From: Candidatus Limnocylindrus sp.
Lineage (GTDB): Bacteria > Chloroflexota > Limnocylindria > Limnocylindrales > Limnocylindraceae
NCBI GenBank assembly: GCA_040397175.1
Contig: JBBAWM010000001.1
Span: 185,976 to 249,975, forward strand
Direction: 5' to 3'
Length of the DNA: 64,000 nt
How positions within the stretch are numbered: position 1 is the stretch's first letter; the number at the start of each line of letters is the position of its first letter. Both the position numbers and the translations under genes were made by a program. Under the pieces are notes generated by a model, which saw nothing but the letters and a program-made list of their open reading frames with translations, ran no database searches and was not told the origin of the DNA. This document shows, piece by piece, positions 31,147 through 40,423 of this stretch.

Positions 31147-31181
31147 TCACGTCGCGCCGCGCGCCGCTAGACTCGCCCCAC

Positions 31182-32618
31182 ATGGAGCCACAGAAGATCC
31201 TCGTCGCAGGCGTATGGGAGAGCTCGTCGAACCTCGTCGAGATTCGGTCGCCCTTCGACGGTCATCTCGTTGGCACGACCTACCTCGCCACACCAGAACA
31301 GGTCGAGCGCGCCGCCGCCGGGAGCGTCACCGGATTTACCGCGATGCGCAAACTTGGCGCATGGGAGCGGGGCGCCATCTTGCGCACCACTGCAGCGAAG
31401 ATCACCGAGCGCCGCGAAGAGCTGGCGGCACTCCTCTCTGCTGAAGCAGGGAAGCCGATCCGCGATGCACGCGCAGAGATTGATCGCGGTGCGCTGACCT
31501 TCCGGCTCGCCGCCGAAGAGGCGGAGCGGATGATCGGCGAGACGATCCCACTCGATCTGGCCCCTGCAAGCAAGGGCCGCCTCGGCATCACGCAACGCTT
31601 CCCTGTTGGCCCAGTGCTCGGGATCAGCCCATTCAACTTCCCACTGAACCTCGCCGCCCATAAGGTGGCGCCCGCCATTGCGGTTGGCTGCAGCATGGTG
31701 CTGAAGCCACCCAGCGCCGATCCGTTGATCATGCTGAAGGTCGCCGAGATCCTCGTCGATGCTGGCCTCCCAGCAGGCGGGCTCAGTGTGATCCCTACGT
31801 CGCGTCCAGATGCTGATCGTCTCATCGACGACGAGCGCTTCAAGGTGCTCTCCTTCACTGGTTCACCCACCGTTGGTTGGTCGCTCAAGGGGCGTGCTGG
31901 CAAGAAGCGCGTCATCCTTGAGCTTGGTGGCAATGCCGCCTGCATCGTGGACGCCACCGCAGACCTCTCGTGGGCGGTGAAGCGCTCGCTTGTTGGCTCG
32001 TTCGCCTACGCCGGTCAGGTCTGCATCAGCGTGCAGCGCATCTTCGTGCACGAGTCGGTGGCCGACGCCTTCGAGCAGCAGTTCGCCGCCGGCGCCGCGA
32101 AGCTGGTGCTCGGTGACCCGGCGAACGAGAAGACGGATCTTGGACCGCTCATCGATAATGGCGCCGCGGCGCGCACAGCAGAGTGGGTCAACGAGGCGGT
32201 CGCCGCTGGCGCGACGGTGATTGCCGGCGGTAGCGCTGCAGATCCCAAGGCACCACGACTCTTCGCCCCAACGATCTTGACGAACGTGCCGCGCGACGCG
32301 CGCATCTGCAGCGAGGAGGCCTTCGCCCCCGTGGTGATCATCGAACGATTTAGCGACTTCTCGGCGGCCGTTGCCGCCGTCAATGAGAGCCGCTTCGGCT
32401 TGCAGTGCGGGCTCTTCTCCAACGATCTGGCGCATGTGCGCGCCGCATTTGACCGGCTGGAGGTTGGCGGCGTGATCGTGAATGATGTGCCGACCTATCG
32501 CATTGACAACATGCCGTACGGCGGTGTGAAGGATTCCGGTCTCGGTCGCGAAGGCGTGCGATGGTCGATGGATGAGATGACCGAGATCAAGCTGCTCGTC
32601 CTAGCCGACCCGCAGTAG
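31182..32618 (+). CDS. Aldehyde dehydrogenase family protein
   Basis: SPFNFPLN, FTGS, LELGGN, GQVC, EEAFAP, PYGGVKDSG. Confidence 0.93.
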   Translation: MEPQKILVAGVWESSSNLVEIRSPFDGHLVGTTYLATPEQVERAAAGSVTGFTAMRKLGAWERGAILRTTAAKITERREELAALLSAEAGKPIRDARAEIDRGALTFRLAAEEAERMIGETIPLDLAPASKGRLGITQRFPVGPVLGISPFNFPLNLAAHKVAPAIAVGCSMVLKPPSADPLIMLKVAEILVDAGLPAGGLSVIPTSRPDADRLIDDERFKVLSFTGSPTVGWSLKGRAGKKRVILELGGNAACIVDATADLSWAVKRSLVGSFAYAGQVCISVQRIFVHESVADAFEQQFAAGAAKLVLGDPANEKTDLGPLIDNGAAARTAEWVNEAVAAGATVIAGGSAADPKAPRLFAPTILTNVPRDARICSEEAFAPVVIIERFSDFSAAVAAVNESRFGLQCGLFSNDLAHVRAAFDRLEVGGVIVNDVPTYRIDNMPYGGVKDSGLGREGVRWSMDEMTEIKLLVLADPQ

Positions 32619-32623
32619 CGGGG

Positions 32624-32992
32624 TTACCCGCCGAGTTCGTCGCCCTCTGGCGTAGAGATGCGGGCGAGCGCCTCACGAACCGCCCGTCGCGCGCGCTTGG
32701 CGCGCCGCTTGACCCGAACAATCTCATGGTCTGCCAGGCGGATCAGGTCGCTGTGTTCGCCCTCCACGAGAATCTCGTGGTCTCGCAAGCGCTCAATGGG
32801 CGTCAGGAGTTCGGGCTCTGACTGCGGCGCTGGTGGTGGAGGTGCTGCGCGCCGCTCGGGCCGGAGTGGGGCAGCCGCTCGACCGAGGAGTGCGGCAATC
32901 GCGCGCACCGCCTCTGGTGGCGCAGGGGTCTCTGTCGTGAGGAGTCGCGGGTCGGCTGCCGACCGTATTGTTGGCTTGTTCCGTTCGACCAT
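32624..32992 (-). CDS. Hypothetical protein
   Basis: ATG at 32992 preceded by GGAGG SD; 122-aa Pro/Arg-rich product. Confidence 0.5.
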   Translation of the reverse strand: MVERNKPTIRSAADPRLLTTETPAPPEAVRAIAALLGRAAAPLRPERRAAPPPPAPQSEPELLTPIERLRDHEILVEGEHSDLIRLADHEIVRVKRRAKRARRAVREALARISTPEGDELGG

Positions 32993-33113
32993 TGGCGACC
33001 TCCCCAGTGCTGCGGTGGCTTCCCTTGCTCGTATTCTCGCCGAAAGTGCTGCAGCGTGGCGACACGGTCCATCGATGGAGGGTGCGCGCGTGAGGGGGTG
33101 GTAGGCTCCAACG

Positions 33114-33929
33114 ATGCCTGTTGAGACTGTCGCGCGCTCCCTCTCCTTCATCAATTGGGTGGTGGTGAGCAGCCTAGCCATAGGCAGCCTTGCAGCCATC
33201 CTCCTACTGACCCATCGCTCAGAGTCAACGCGTGGGTACCGGGGCTTCACGGTCTTTGCCGCCGGAGGCTGGGCCTTCCTCGCCTGGCTTGCGGACGGCG
33301 CGCTGCCAATCCCCTCCGCTGACGCACCAATCCACGCCGCAAGTGTCGAGGTAGACGCCCTTCGGCGACTGCTCCTGGTCCTTGTTGCCTGCCTTGCCAC
33401 CCTCTGGATGTTGAGGATTGCCCGTGGTGGTGACGGCCGACGCGTTGGTTGGGTCACAGTTCTTACAGCGATCGCGGCGCAACTTGTTGCGGCGATTGGA
33501 TGGGCGCCCACGCCGCTCATGGCCGCGGCACTCTCACTGCAACTGCTCGTTCTCTCGGCAGTAACTGGCGGCGCATTTGCTGCGATGATCCTTGCGCACT
33601 GGTATCTCGTAACGCCAAAGCTACCGGAGGCACCACTCTTGCTCCTCAGCCGCGCCCTTGGGGTTGGAATCGTCGTGCAGATCGCCCTCTTTCTTGCCTG
33701 GCAGGTTGTAGGGCTGGGTGGCCTCGGTGCGGGTTGGGACTTCTTCGCCATCTTGCGGCTCGTCATTGGGCTGATCTTCCCTGCGCTCCTCACGTATGCC
33801 GGCTGGCGTACCGCCAAGGCGCGCTCGATGGAGTCCGCAACTGGACTCCTCTACATCGACCTTGGTGCAGTCACAACCGGAACGATCCTCGCAGCCGGTC
33901 TCTTCTTCGGCGCTGGCATCCTCGTGTAA
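33114..33929 (+). CDS. Multi-pass membrane protein (DmsC/NrfD-like)
   Basis: About 8 TM helices; MILAHWYL and SATGLLY motifs. Confidence 0.65.
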   Translation: MPVETVARSLSFINWVVVSSLAIGSLAAILLLTHRSESTRGYRGFTVFAAGGWAFLAWLADGALPIPSADAPIHAASVEVDALRRLLLVLVACLATLWMLRIARGGDGRRVGWVTVLTAIAAQLVAAIGWAPTPLMAAALSLQLLVLSAVTGGAFAAMILAHWYLVTPKLPEAPLLLLSRALGVGIVVQIALFLAWQVVGLGGLGAGWDFFAILRLVIGLIFPALLTYAGWRTAKARSMESATGLLYIDLGAVTTGTILAAGLFFGAGILV

Positions 33930-33962
33930 CTCGGCACCCGCGCGCGGGGTGCGCTCCGCGGA

Positions 33963-34433
33963 CTAGGAGATCTTCTTGATGGTGTAGTTGATCTCGTTGC
34001 CGTTCGGCAGGGTGACGACGACCTTGTCGTTGACCTTGCGTCCGATCAGCGCCTTGCCGAGCGGGCTCTCGTTGGAGATCTTTGGCGGCTCGCCGCTCGG
34101 GTCGGCCTCGGTGGAGCCGACAATCAAGTAATCGTGACTCTTGCGCTCCGCGGTCACGGTGACGGTGGAGCCGAGGGCGACCTCATCGGTGCCGGCATGC
34201 TCATCGATGATCTCGGCATTGCGGAGCTTCTCTTCAATCTCCAAGACCTTCCCCTCGATGAACGACTGCTCGTTCCGGGCGATCTCGTAGTCGGCGTTCT
34301 CGCGTAGGTCGCCGAGCTCCTTCGCCGCCTTGATGCGCGCGATGACCGCTGGGCGCTGTGAATGGATCAGGTCATGCAGCTCGGCCTCGAGTGCAGCCTT
34401 CCCTGATTCCGTGAGGTAGACAGGTCCCGCCAT
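33963..34433 (-). CDS. greA: Transcription elongation factor GreA
   Basis: GDLRENADY, ISNESPLGKAL. Confidence 0.96.
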   Translation of the reverse strand: MAGPVYLTESGKAALEAELHDLIHSQRPAVIARIKAAKELGDLRENADYEIARNEQSFIEGKVLEIEEKLRNAEIIDEHAGTDEVALGSTVTVTAERKSHDYLIVGSTEADPSGEPPKISNESPLGKALIGRKVNDKVVVTLPNGNEINYTIKKIS

Positions 34434-34443
34434 GCGGGGGAGT

Positions 34444-34836
34444 CTAGCCGTTCGCCGCCCCCGTGGCGCCCTCGAGGCGAATTGCCAGGGCCAGGAGCGT
34501 CGCGAGCACGAGCATGGCGACCTGCGGGGCCAGGGGCCCCCCAGCCAGGATCAGGAGCACGGAGAGCCCCAGGCTCACGAGTGCATGGGCACGGGGGCCC
34601 TGCCTCCCCCCGATGGTGCGCGCGGTAATGACTCCAAGGAGCAGGAGGTCAAGGGCCCCGAGGGCGATCGTCGCGAATGCAGCGTAGGCGACGAGCCGGT
34701 CGTAGCCTCCCTCGGCTGGCAGTGCGCCGCCCAGCAGGCCATAGGTCAGTGCCCCGGAGGCAATCAAACCGACGCCGCGCACGAATTCAGCGGTCGCGAG
34801 GGCCGCGTAGGTCACCAGAACTGATCCCTTCACCAT
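34444..34836 (-). CDS. Hypothetical membrane protein
   Basis: 4 TM helices; TACCCT box 7 nt before the ATG. Confidence 0.6.
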   Translation of the reverse strand: MVKGSVLVTYAALATAEFVRGVGLIASGALTYGLLGGALPAEGGYDRLVAYAAFATIALGALDLLLLGVITARTIGGRQGPRAHALVSLGLSVLLILAGGPLAPQVAMLVLATLLALAIRLEGATGAANG

Positions 34837-34893
34837 GCAACGGAGGGTAGCGTGAACGCGGCAGGCGCGACGCCGAGGGCGCATACTCGCCCC

Positions 34894-35964
34894 ATGAGGC
34901 CATCGTTGGAACGCGCGTCAAATGGTTCCCGCATTACGCTAGATGTCGCGGTTGCCTCACTTCTGCTCAATGCTGGGACCCTCCTCGCACTCGTCACGTG
35001 GCTGACCGCTGATCGAATGGACGCATTCGCTTCGATCGACAACGAGCAGCTACGCGCAGTGCTATCGAGCTTGGCGGTGGGCGCCCCAGTTGCGATCGCT
35101 GCGACCGCTGCTGGTCGACTACGGACGCGCCTCCCCGTTGACCTTGGCACTGGCACACTCCTCGCGTTGATCGCGGCGCTCAGCACGGTGTTCACGGCGG
35201 CAGCGGTGCTCCATGCAGCACTACCGTGGGATGCAAGCGTCCTCATGCACCTGCTCTATGCGTTGGTCAACGGTGCAACCATATTCCTGATGGCTCGCGT
35301 CTTGGCCCGTCGTGCGCGAGAACTTCCTGACTGGATCAGCATTACCGGAGCGGTCTTTGCGGTTGGACTCCTCCCCCTTGGCGCGCTCTCCCTCGTTGTC
35401 GAAACGCTCACGGTGTGGTCGGCCCCTGTTGTCCAATCGATGACGCAGGGAGTGAATCTTCCGATGGTGACTCTCGCGGCGCTTTACGTGGCGGCGCTTC
35501 TCCCCGTCCTCTTCTTTGGACGAGCGCTCCTTCACGAGGAATCGGCACACTATCGCCGAGCTGGGCGTCGCTTCGTTGCGGTGTTTGCAGCCTTCGGTGT
35601 TGGGTTCCTTGCCGCTGTCGTGGTACCGATCGCAACGGCGCGCCTCTACGACACGCTCCAGGCCTGCACAGCGGAGGGCGTCTGCACCCGTCCGGTAGGC
35701 GAGTGGCTCCTCATCGGTCTCCTGACTGGCGGAACTGCCTGGCGACTGATTCGTGATGCCGAGCGGGCCAAGCAGCCGCTGCTCTGGATCGGTGCGCTGC
35801 CACCCATCATTACGACAGCGATCGCGATCAATTGGTATCTCCCTGCTGGGCTCGGTGGGCTCCCACTCGCAGGAACGTTGATCGCCTTGGGCGGACTCCT
35901 CCTATTGCGACGCGCTACGATGAGCCCAACGCCGCGCTTGCGGCGAGCAAAGAAACGGAGGTAG
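34894..35964 (+). CDS. Hypothetical multi-pass membrane protein
   Basis: About 10 TM helices; CATACT box 6 nt before the ATG. Confidence 0.65.
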   Translation: MRPSLERASNGSRITLDVAVASLLLNAGTLLALVTWLTADRMDAFASIDNEQLRAVLSSLAVGAPVAIAATAAGRLRTRLPVDLGTGTLLALIAALSTVFTAAAVLHAALPWDASVLMHLLYALVNGATIFLMARVLARRARELPDWISITGAVFAVGLLPLGALSLVVETLTVWSAPVVQSMTQGVNLPMVTLAALYVAALLPVLFFGRALLHEESAHYRRAGRRFVAVFAAFGVGFLAAVVVPIATARLYDTLQACTAEGVCTRPVGEWLLIGLLTGGTAWRLIRDAERAKQPLLWIGALPPIITTAIAINWYLPAGLGGLPLAGTLIALGGLLLLRRATMSPTPRLRRAKKRR

Positions 35965-35969
35965 CACCC

Positions 35970-36224
35970 ATGAGCGACGCCAAGAAGATCACCCTGTATG
36001 GCGCTGATTGGTGCAGCGACTGCACAAGGTCAAAGGGCTACCTCGACGCACACCGGGTTCCCTATACCTACGTTGATGTGGATGCTGATGCCTCTGCCAA
36101 GGAGATGATCGAGACGTTGACTGGCGCGAAGTCGATCCCCGTGATCATCTTCGAAGACGGCTCGTACCTGATTGAGCCTTCAAACCAGGCGCTCGGCGCG
36201 AAGGCGGGAGTCCCGCAGGACTAA
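35970..36224 (+). CDS. Glutaredoxin/NrdH/mycoredoxin-like protein
   Basis: GGAGG SD; WCSDC and SIPVI motifs. Confidence 0.88.
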   Translation: MSDAKKITLYGADWCSDCTRSKGYLDAHRVPYTYVDVDADASAKEMIETLTGAKSIPVIIFEDGSYLIEPSNQALGAKAGVPQD

Positions 36225-36898
36225 CGCGCGGCGAGCGGCAACTCGTCGAGGCTCGTGAGCACCACGTCGGCAATCTCTGTTGCGCCCGTCGATGACGGCG
36301 CACCAGGAAGCGGCACCACCACGACACTCATCCCCGCCGCCTTACCGGCGCGCGCACCAGCCAGCGAATCTTCGATGGCGAGGGAACGCTCTGGCGCAAT
36401 GTTGATGCGGCGACACGCCTCAAGGTAGACGTCGGGGAGTGGCTTGCCACCAGCAACCTCATCGCAGCTCACGTAGGTCTGCACCACGCCGGCGAGACCG
36501 AGGATTTCAATCAACGTGGCAATGATGCTGCGCGGGCTCCCTGACGCAATAGCAACGGGACCTCGGGCGGCGGCGCGTCGCACCGCGGCAACACCGGCGG
36601 GGATCACCTGCACCCGCCCAGCGCGATAGAGCGACTCGAGGTGGTTGATGGTGCGCGTTGCAATCTCGTTGGCATCTGGGTGCCCGAGGATCTCGGCCAT
36701 GGCGCCGCCCCACTGTTGGGTGTTGGCGCCGTAGAAGCGGTGGAAGTCCGCTTCGACTAACCGACCCCCGACTTCGGCGGCGATGGCGAAGCGTGCCTCG
36801 GCCCAGAGCGGCTCGGTATCGCAGAGCACCCCGTCCAAATCGAAGACGACCCCATCGGGGTTCGACACGTACGGCGGGAGGGGCTGGTCTGCAGGCAT
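36221..36898 (-). CDS. HAD-family phosphatase
   Basis: FDLDGVLCDT, GKPLPD, EDS. Confidence 0.9.
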   Translation of the reverse strand: MPADQPLPPYVSNPDGVVFDLDGVLCDTEPLWAEARFAIAAEVGGRLVEADFHRFYGANTQQWGGAMAEILGHPDANEIATRTINHLESLYRAGRVQVIPAGVAAVRRAAARGPVAIASGSPRSIIATLIEILGLAGVVQTYVSCDEVAGGKPLPDVYLEACRRINIAPERSLAIEDSLAGARAGKAAGMSVVVVPLPGAPSSTGATEIADVVLTSLDELPLAAR

Positions 36899-36933
36899 AG
36901 GCGCAAGGGTAGCGGGGCGCGTACCCTACGCGC

Positions 36934-38004
36934 ATGGGTCCTGTTGTCCGAGAAGAGCCGAACGCCTGGGGGGCACGCCTTCGCGCCGCCGCCGCCGCTG
37001 GCGAACTTTCCGACCTCCCCTTTGTGCAACAGCCCGCGTGGGCCGCATCAAAAGCGCTCACGGGCTGGGAGTCAGTCCGCCTCGTTGCCCAAGATGGCGC
37101 TGCATGGGCGGGCGCGCAGTTCCTGATCCAGCGCCTCCCCGCCGGGCTCGGTCGCATCGCCTACGCGCCGCGCGGCCCGATTGTCGTGGCGGCGCATGAG
37201 GGGCAAGCGGCGGAACTGCGCGTCGAACTGCTGCGCGGACTCGCCGAGCTTCGCCGCGATGGCGTGACGCTGGTGCGCCTGGAGCCTGGCGAGAGCGCGC
37301 CGCTCTCGGACGATGCCGATCAGGTTCACCCTGCCGAAGCGCTGAGCGCGACGTTGCGTGCGCCGTGGCTGAGCGCCGCAGCTTCATCACGGATCTCCCT
37401 GCATCGCGCACGACCGGTGCAGCCATCGACCAGCCGGCGCATCGACCTATCGGCTGGAATGGAAACCGTACGCGCCGCCTGGCGCAGCAAGTGGCGACAG
37501 TACGCACGCCATGCAACGGAGTCTGGTGTCACGGTGCGTGCGGTTGGCGCCGACGGGGCCGAGGCGCTCCACACTGCAATGTCGTCGATCGCTGGCCGAA
37601 CAGGGGTGAAGACGCGCAGCAGTGCCGCATTCGCGCACATTGTGAAGGCCTTCAACGGCGAAGCAGAAATTCTCATCGCCGAATCGCCCGCCGGTGAAAT
37701 CCTCGGTGCGCTCTTGGTGATCACCACGCCAATAACAACGACCGAGCTGTTCGGCGGTGCAACGGGCACCGGCAACGAGTTGCGCGCGCCGTATGCGCTG
37801 AAGGTCACCGCGATGGAGCGCGCCGTTGCGCGGGGGAGCGCCACCTACGACATGTGGGGAATCTCCACCCCAGGGATCGCGCACTTCAAGGCGGGTTGGG
37901 GCGGGGCGCCAGTTGTCTACCCTGGAGCACTCGACGTCGATCTAGATCCGATCCGTGGGCCGCTCGTGCGCCTGGCGCTGCGCCTGCGCGGATTCGGCGC
38001 TTAA
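36934..38004 (+). CDS. FemAB/FemX-family aminoacyltransferase-like protein
   Basis: QQPAWAASK, YAPRGP, YDMWG, FKAGWGG. Confidence 0.78.
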   Translation: MGPVVREEPNAWGARLRAAAAAGELSDLPFVQQPAWAASKALTGWESVRLVAQDGAAWAGAQFLIQRLPAGLGRIAYAPRGPIVVAAHEGQAAELRVELLRGLAELRRDGVTLVRLEPGESAPLSDDADQVHPAEALSATLRAPWLSAAASSRISLHRARPVQPSTSRRIDLSAGMETVRAAWRSKWRQYARHATESGVTVRAVGADGAEALHTAMSSIAGRTGVKTRSSAAFAHIVKAFNGEAEILIAESPAGEILGALLVITTPITTTELFGGATGTGNELRAPYALKVTAMERAVARGSATYDMWGISTPGIAHFKAGWGGAPVVYPGALDVDLDPIRGPLVRLALRLRGFGA

Positions 38005-38552
38005 GCCGCGGCGCGAATCGTTCGGCTCGCCACGAGGGTGAGTAGGCCATTGGCCAGCACCAGTCCCCAGATCAGCTGCGGCGCTCCCGTAACGAGGAGG
38101 CCGAACACACCAATAGTGCTCAACAACATCCCGAAGAGAAGCACCGCGCGGCTGGAGCGTCGTACCCAGAGTGCTCGCGCAACCCAGATCGGCGCCGCCC
38201 CTGCAAGCCCGAGGGCAACAGCAGCCACCATCAGCAGGGCAAGGATTTGTCGAACCCACGCGCCAAACTCTGGCAGATTGTTCTGATCAGCCAAGCTAGT
38301 GAGGATTGCGGCGATGTCGATTTGGAAGCTCGCAAAGATCGAGGCAACGTCGCTCCCAAGTTGAGCGGTGATCTGCTCGCCGAGTGAGGCCCACGTCTCA
38401 CCCGAGATATCAACGGCAACAACTGCGATCGCAACAAGGCCAAGTAGGCCGGCGAGGATCAGCGCAACTCCCAACAGCCCATTGCTTACGGCGGCGGCGA
38501 TCTGCGCGATTCCGCGCGGAACCTGCTTCGGCTCGTCGATCATGTAGCTCAC
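38001..38552 (-). CDS. Hypothetical membrane protein
   Basis: 4 TM helices; GTGA overlap with the upstream stop. Confidence 0.62.
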   Translation of the reverse strand: MSYMIDEPKQVPRGIAQIAAAVSNGLLGVALILAGLLGLVAIAVVAVDISGETWASLGEQITAQLGSDVASIFASFQIDIAAILTSLADQNNLPEFGAWVRQILALLMVAAVALGLAGAAPIWVARALWVRRSSRAVLLFGMLLSTIGVFGLLVTGAPQLIWGLVLANGLLTLVASRTIRAAA

Positions 38553-39058
38553 TCGCCCCCCTTATACGGATAGGTGATCCAGCCGTCGGCGAGTGCCGCG
38601 AAAAAGTCGGGCGCGCCAGGCACTTCGCTCTTGCCAGGCTTGTGATGTACGACGGCGGTGCGCACCGTTGCACCTGCGGCGCGTGCTCGATCCGCCACTA
38701 GGGCAAGGGTACGGCCGCTCTCCCAAACCTCATCAACGATCAAGATCGAGCGCCCCCTCAGTGATTCATCCGAGGGCATGCGCGTAATGGTTGGCTCTGG
38801 TCGCCGGCCAGCGGCATCGTAGTGTTCGGCGACCGCGATCAGGAGGTCACGAATGCCGAGTCGATAGGCGAGCATCGCACCAGGAACCAAGCCGCCGCGG
38901 CTAATGGCAAGAATGCCATCGGGGTGTTGATCGATGGGTTGGGCTTGAATCTGTACTGCCAACGCCTCTACATGTCCGTTCAGTTGCTCCCACGTGAGGA
39001 TGAGCGTCTCGGCGCTTACCTCAGCGGACGTGATCGAGCGCCTGGCTGAACTCGGCAA
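38549..39058 (-). CDS. Purine phosphoribosyltransferase (Gpt-like); start uncertain
   Basis: LTWEQ, ISRGGLVPG, IVDEVWESGRT, WITYP. Confidence 0.85.
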   Translation of the reverse strand: MPSSARRSITSAEVSAETLILTWEQLNGHVEALAVQIQAQPIDQHPDGILAISRGGLVPGAMLAYRLGIRDLLIAVAEHYDAAGRRPEPTITRMPSDESLRGRSILIVDEVWESGRTLALVADRARAAGATVRTAVVHHKPGKSEVPGAPDFFAALADGWITYPYKGGE

Positions 39059-40202
39059 TGATGTCGTCTGCCGCTTCAATGCCGATGCTGATGCGGAAGA
39101 TTCCGCCACGCTTCGGCATTGGATAGACCAACGTGTCGACCTCGCCGAGGCTCACGGCGATGGCGCACATCTTGAGGTTGTCGGCAAAGGCGCGCATCGC
39201 GCCGAGGGCGTCACCGTCCGAGCTGCGTGGCTTGAAGGCGAGCATGCCGCCCCAGTTGCCCTTCAGGAGTTTTTCTGCAATGGCGCGGTCTGGGTGTGAG
39301 GCGAGGCTCGGGTGACGAACCCACTCCACCTTCTTGTGATTCTCGAGGAACGCAGCAACCTTGCTTGCATTCTCTGTTGCGCGCTCTACGCGCAGTGGGA
39401 GGGTGCGCGTGCCACGAGCAATCAGCCACGAGTTGAAGGGGCTTGCCGTTCCGCCGTACCAGTCGGTCAGACGGCGAACCGGGTTGATAAGGGCCGCCGA
39501 GCCGGAGACGACACCACCCAGTGCATCGCCGTGACCCGAGATCCATTTCGTGCTGGCGTGCAAGACGAGATCGGCACCCATTGCGAGCGGGCGCACCGCT
39601 GCCGGGCTAAGGAAGGTGTTGTCAATGATGAGGATCGCCTTCGCGTCATGCGCCATCTTCGCGAGTGCCGGGATATCGGTGACGCGGTTCCACGGATTCG
39701 ACAAGAGCTCAGCGTAGATCACGCGAGTGTTCGGCTTGATTGCAGCCTGCACGCCGGCAAGATCCGTGATGGGGAGCGAGGTGACCTCGATGCCACGCTT
39801 CGGAAAGTCGCCCTCAAACATCATCTGGGTTCCGATGAAGAGGTCATCCGCAACAATCAGGTGATCCCCAGCCTTCAGGTGAGCGAACAGGGAGGCTGAA
39901 ACCGAAGACATGCCGGCGGATGATGCGACCGCGGCCTCCGCGCCCTCAAGCGCGGCGATCTTCGCCTCGAGGGCGTCAGTAGTTGGATTGCCAACGCGCG
40001 TATAGAAGTACGCCTGCGGCGTGAAGTCCGCCGCAGCATCAACGGCCGCCTCTTTTTCGTCGGCGGTTTCGAAGCTGAAGGTTGCCGTTTGGAAGATTGG
40101 GAGGTTGTGCGCCCGTGTCGTGGGATCGGGGGCCTCGCCCGCATGCACCGCAAGGGTAGCGGGAGCGTCGGTTGCCAGATGTTTGCGTCCGTCTTTCACC
40201 AT
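39021..40202 (-). CDS. PLP-dependent Cys/Met metabolism enzyme (cystathionine gamma-synthase/methionine gamma-lyase family)
   Basis: YTRVGNPT, SAGM, IDNTF, HASTKWISGHGD, AVSLG. Confidence 0.9.
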   Translation of the reverse strand: MVKDGRKHLATDAPATLAVHAGEAPDPTTRAHNLPIFQTATFSFETADEKEAAVDAAADFTPQAYFYTRVGNPTTDALEAKIAALEGAEAAVASSAGMSSVSASLFAHLKAGDHLIVADDLFIGTQMMFEGDFPKRGIEVTSLPITDLAGVQAAIKPNTRVIYAELLSNPWNRVTDIPALAKMAHDAKAILIIDNTFLSPAAVRPLAMGADLVLHASTKWISGHGDALGGVVSGSAALINPVRRLTDWYGGTASPFNSWLIARGTRTLPLRVERATENASKVAAFLENHKKVEWVRHPSLASHPDRAIAEKLLKGNWGGMLAFKPRSSDGDALGAMRAFADNLKMCAIAVSLGEVDTLVYPMPKRGGIFRISIGIEAADDIIAEFSQALDHVR

Positions 40203-40227
40203 GGCGGGATCATAGTCACTTTGAGGT

Positions 40228-40299
40228 GCCTGTGGCGGGGCTGACGCATTGGCGCGCCTGCGGCGGGGCTGACGCATTGGCGCGTCTGCGGCGGGGCTG
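40228..40299. repeat. 28-bp tandem repeat (about 2.6 copies) abutting the tRNA-Gly(CCC) 3' end
   Basis: GGCGGGGCTGACGCATTGGCGCGYCTGC at 40234 and 40262, partial copies on both sides. Confidence 0.9.
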
Positions 40300-40373
40300 G
40301 AGCGGGAGACGAGGCTCGAACTCGCGACCTTCTGCTTGGGAAGCAGACGCTCTACCAACTGAGCTACTCCCGC
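40298..40373 (-). tRNA. tRNA-Gly (CCC)
   Basis: 76-nt cloverleaf; anticodon arm TCTGC-TTCCCAA-GCAGA, TTCGA T-loop, encoded CCA. Confidence 0.97.
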
Positions 40374-40423
40374 GTGGGGGGTGAGGATAGCGCATGGGGA
40401 GCGTGGGAGGCTACGCTCTGGGC

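Noticed and set aside
32993-33817. Upstream part of the 397-aa minus-strand ORF
   Set aside because: Mostly antisense to the membrane protein gene at 33114; an SD-supported start exists at 32992.
40228-40299. Possible mini-CRISPR array (28-bp repeats)
   Set aside because: Units are head-to-tail with no spacers, and no cas genes are in the window.
40203-40358. N-terminal extension of the Cys/Met lyase ORF
   Set aside because: It runs through the tRNA and tandem repeat; the likely start is ATG 40202 after TATGAT.
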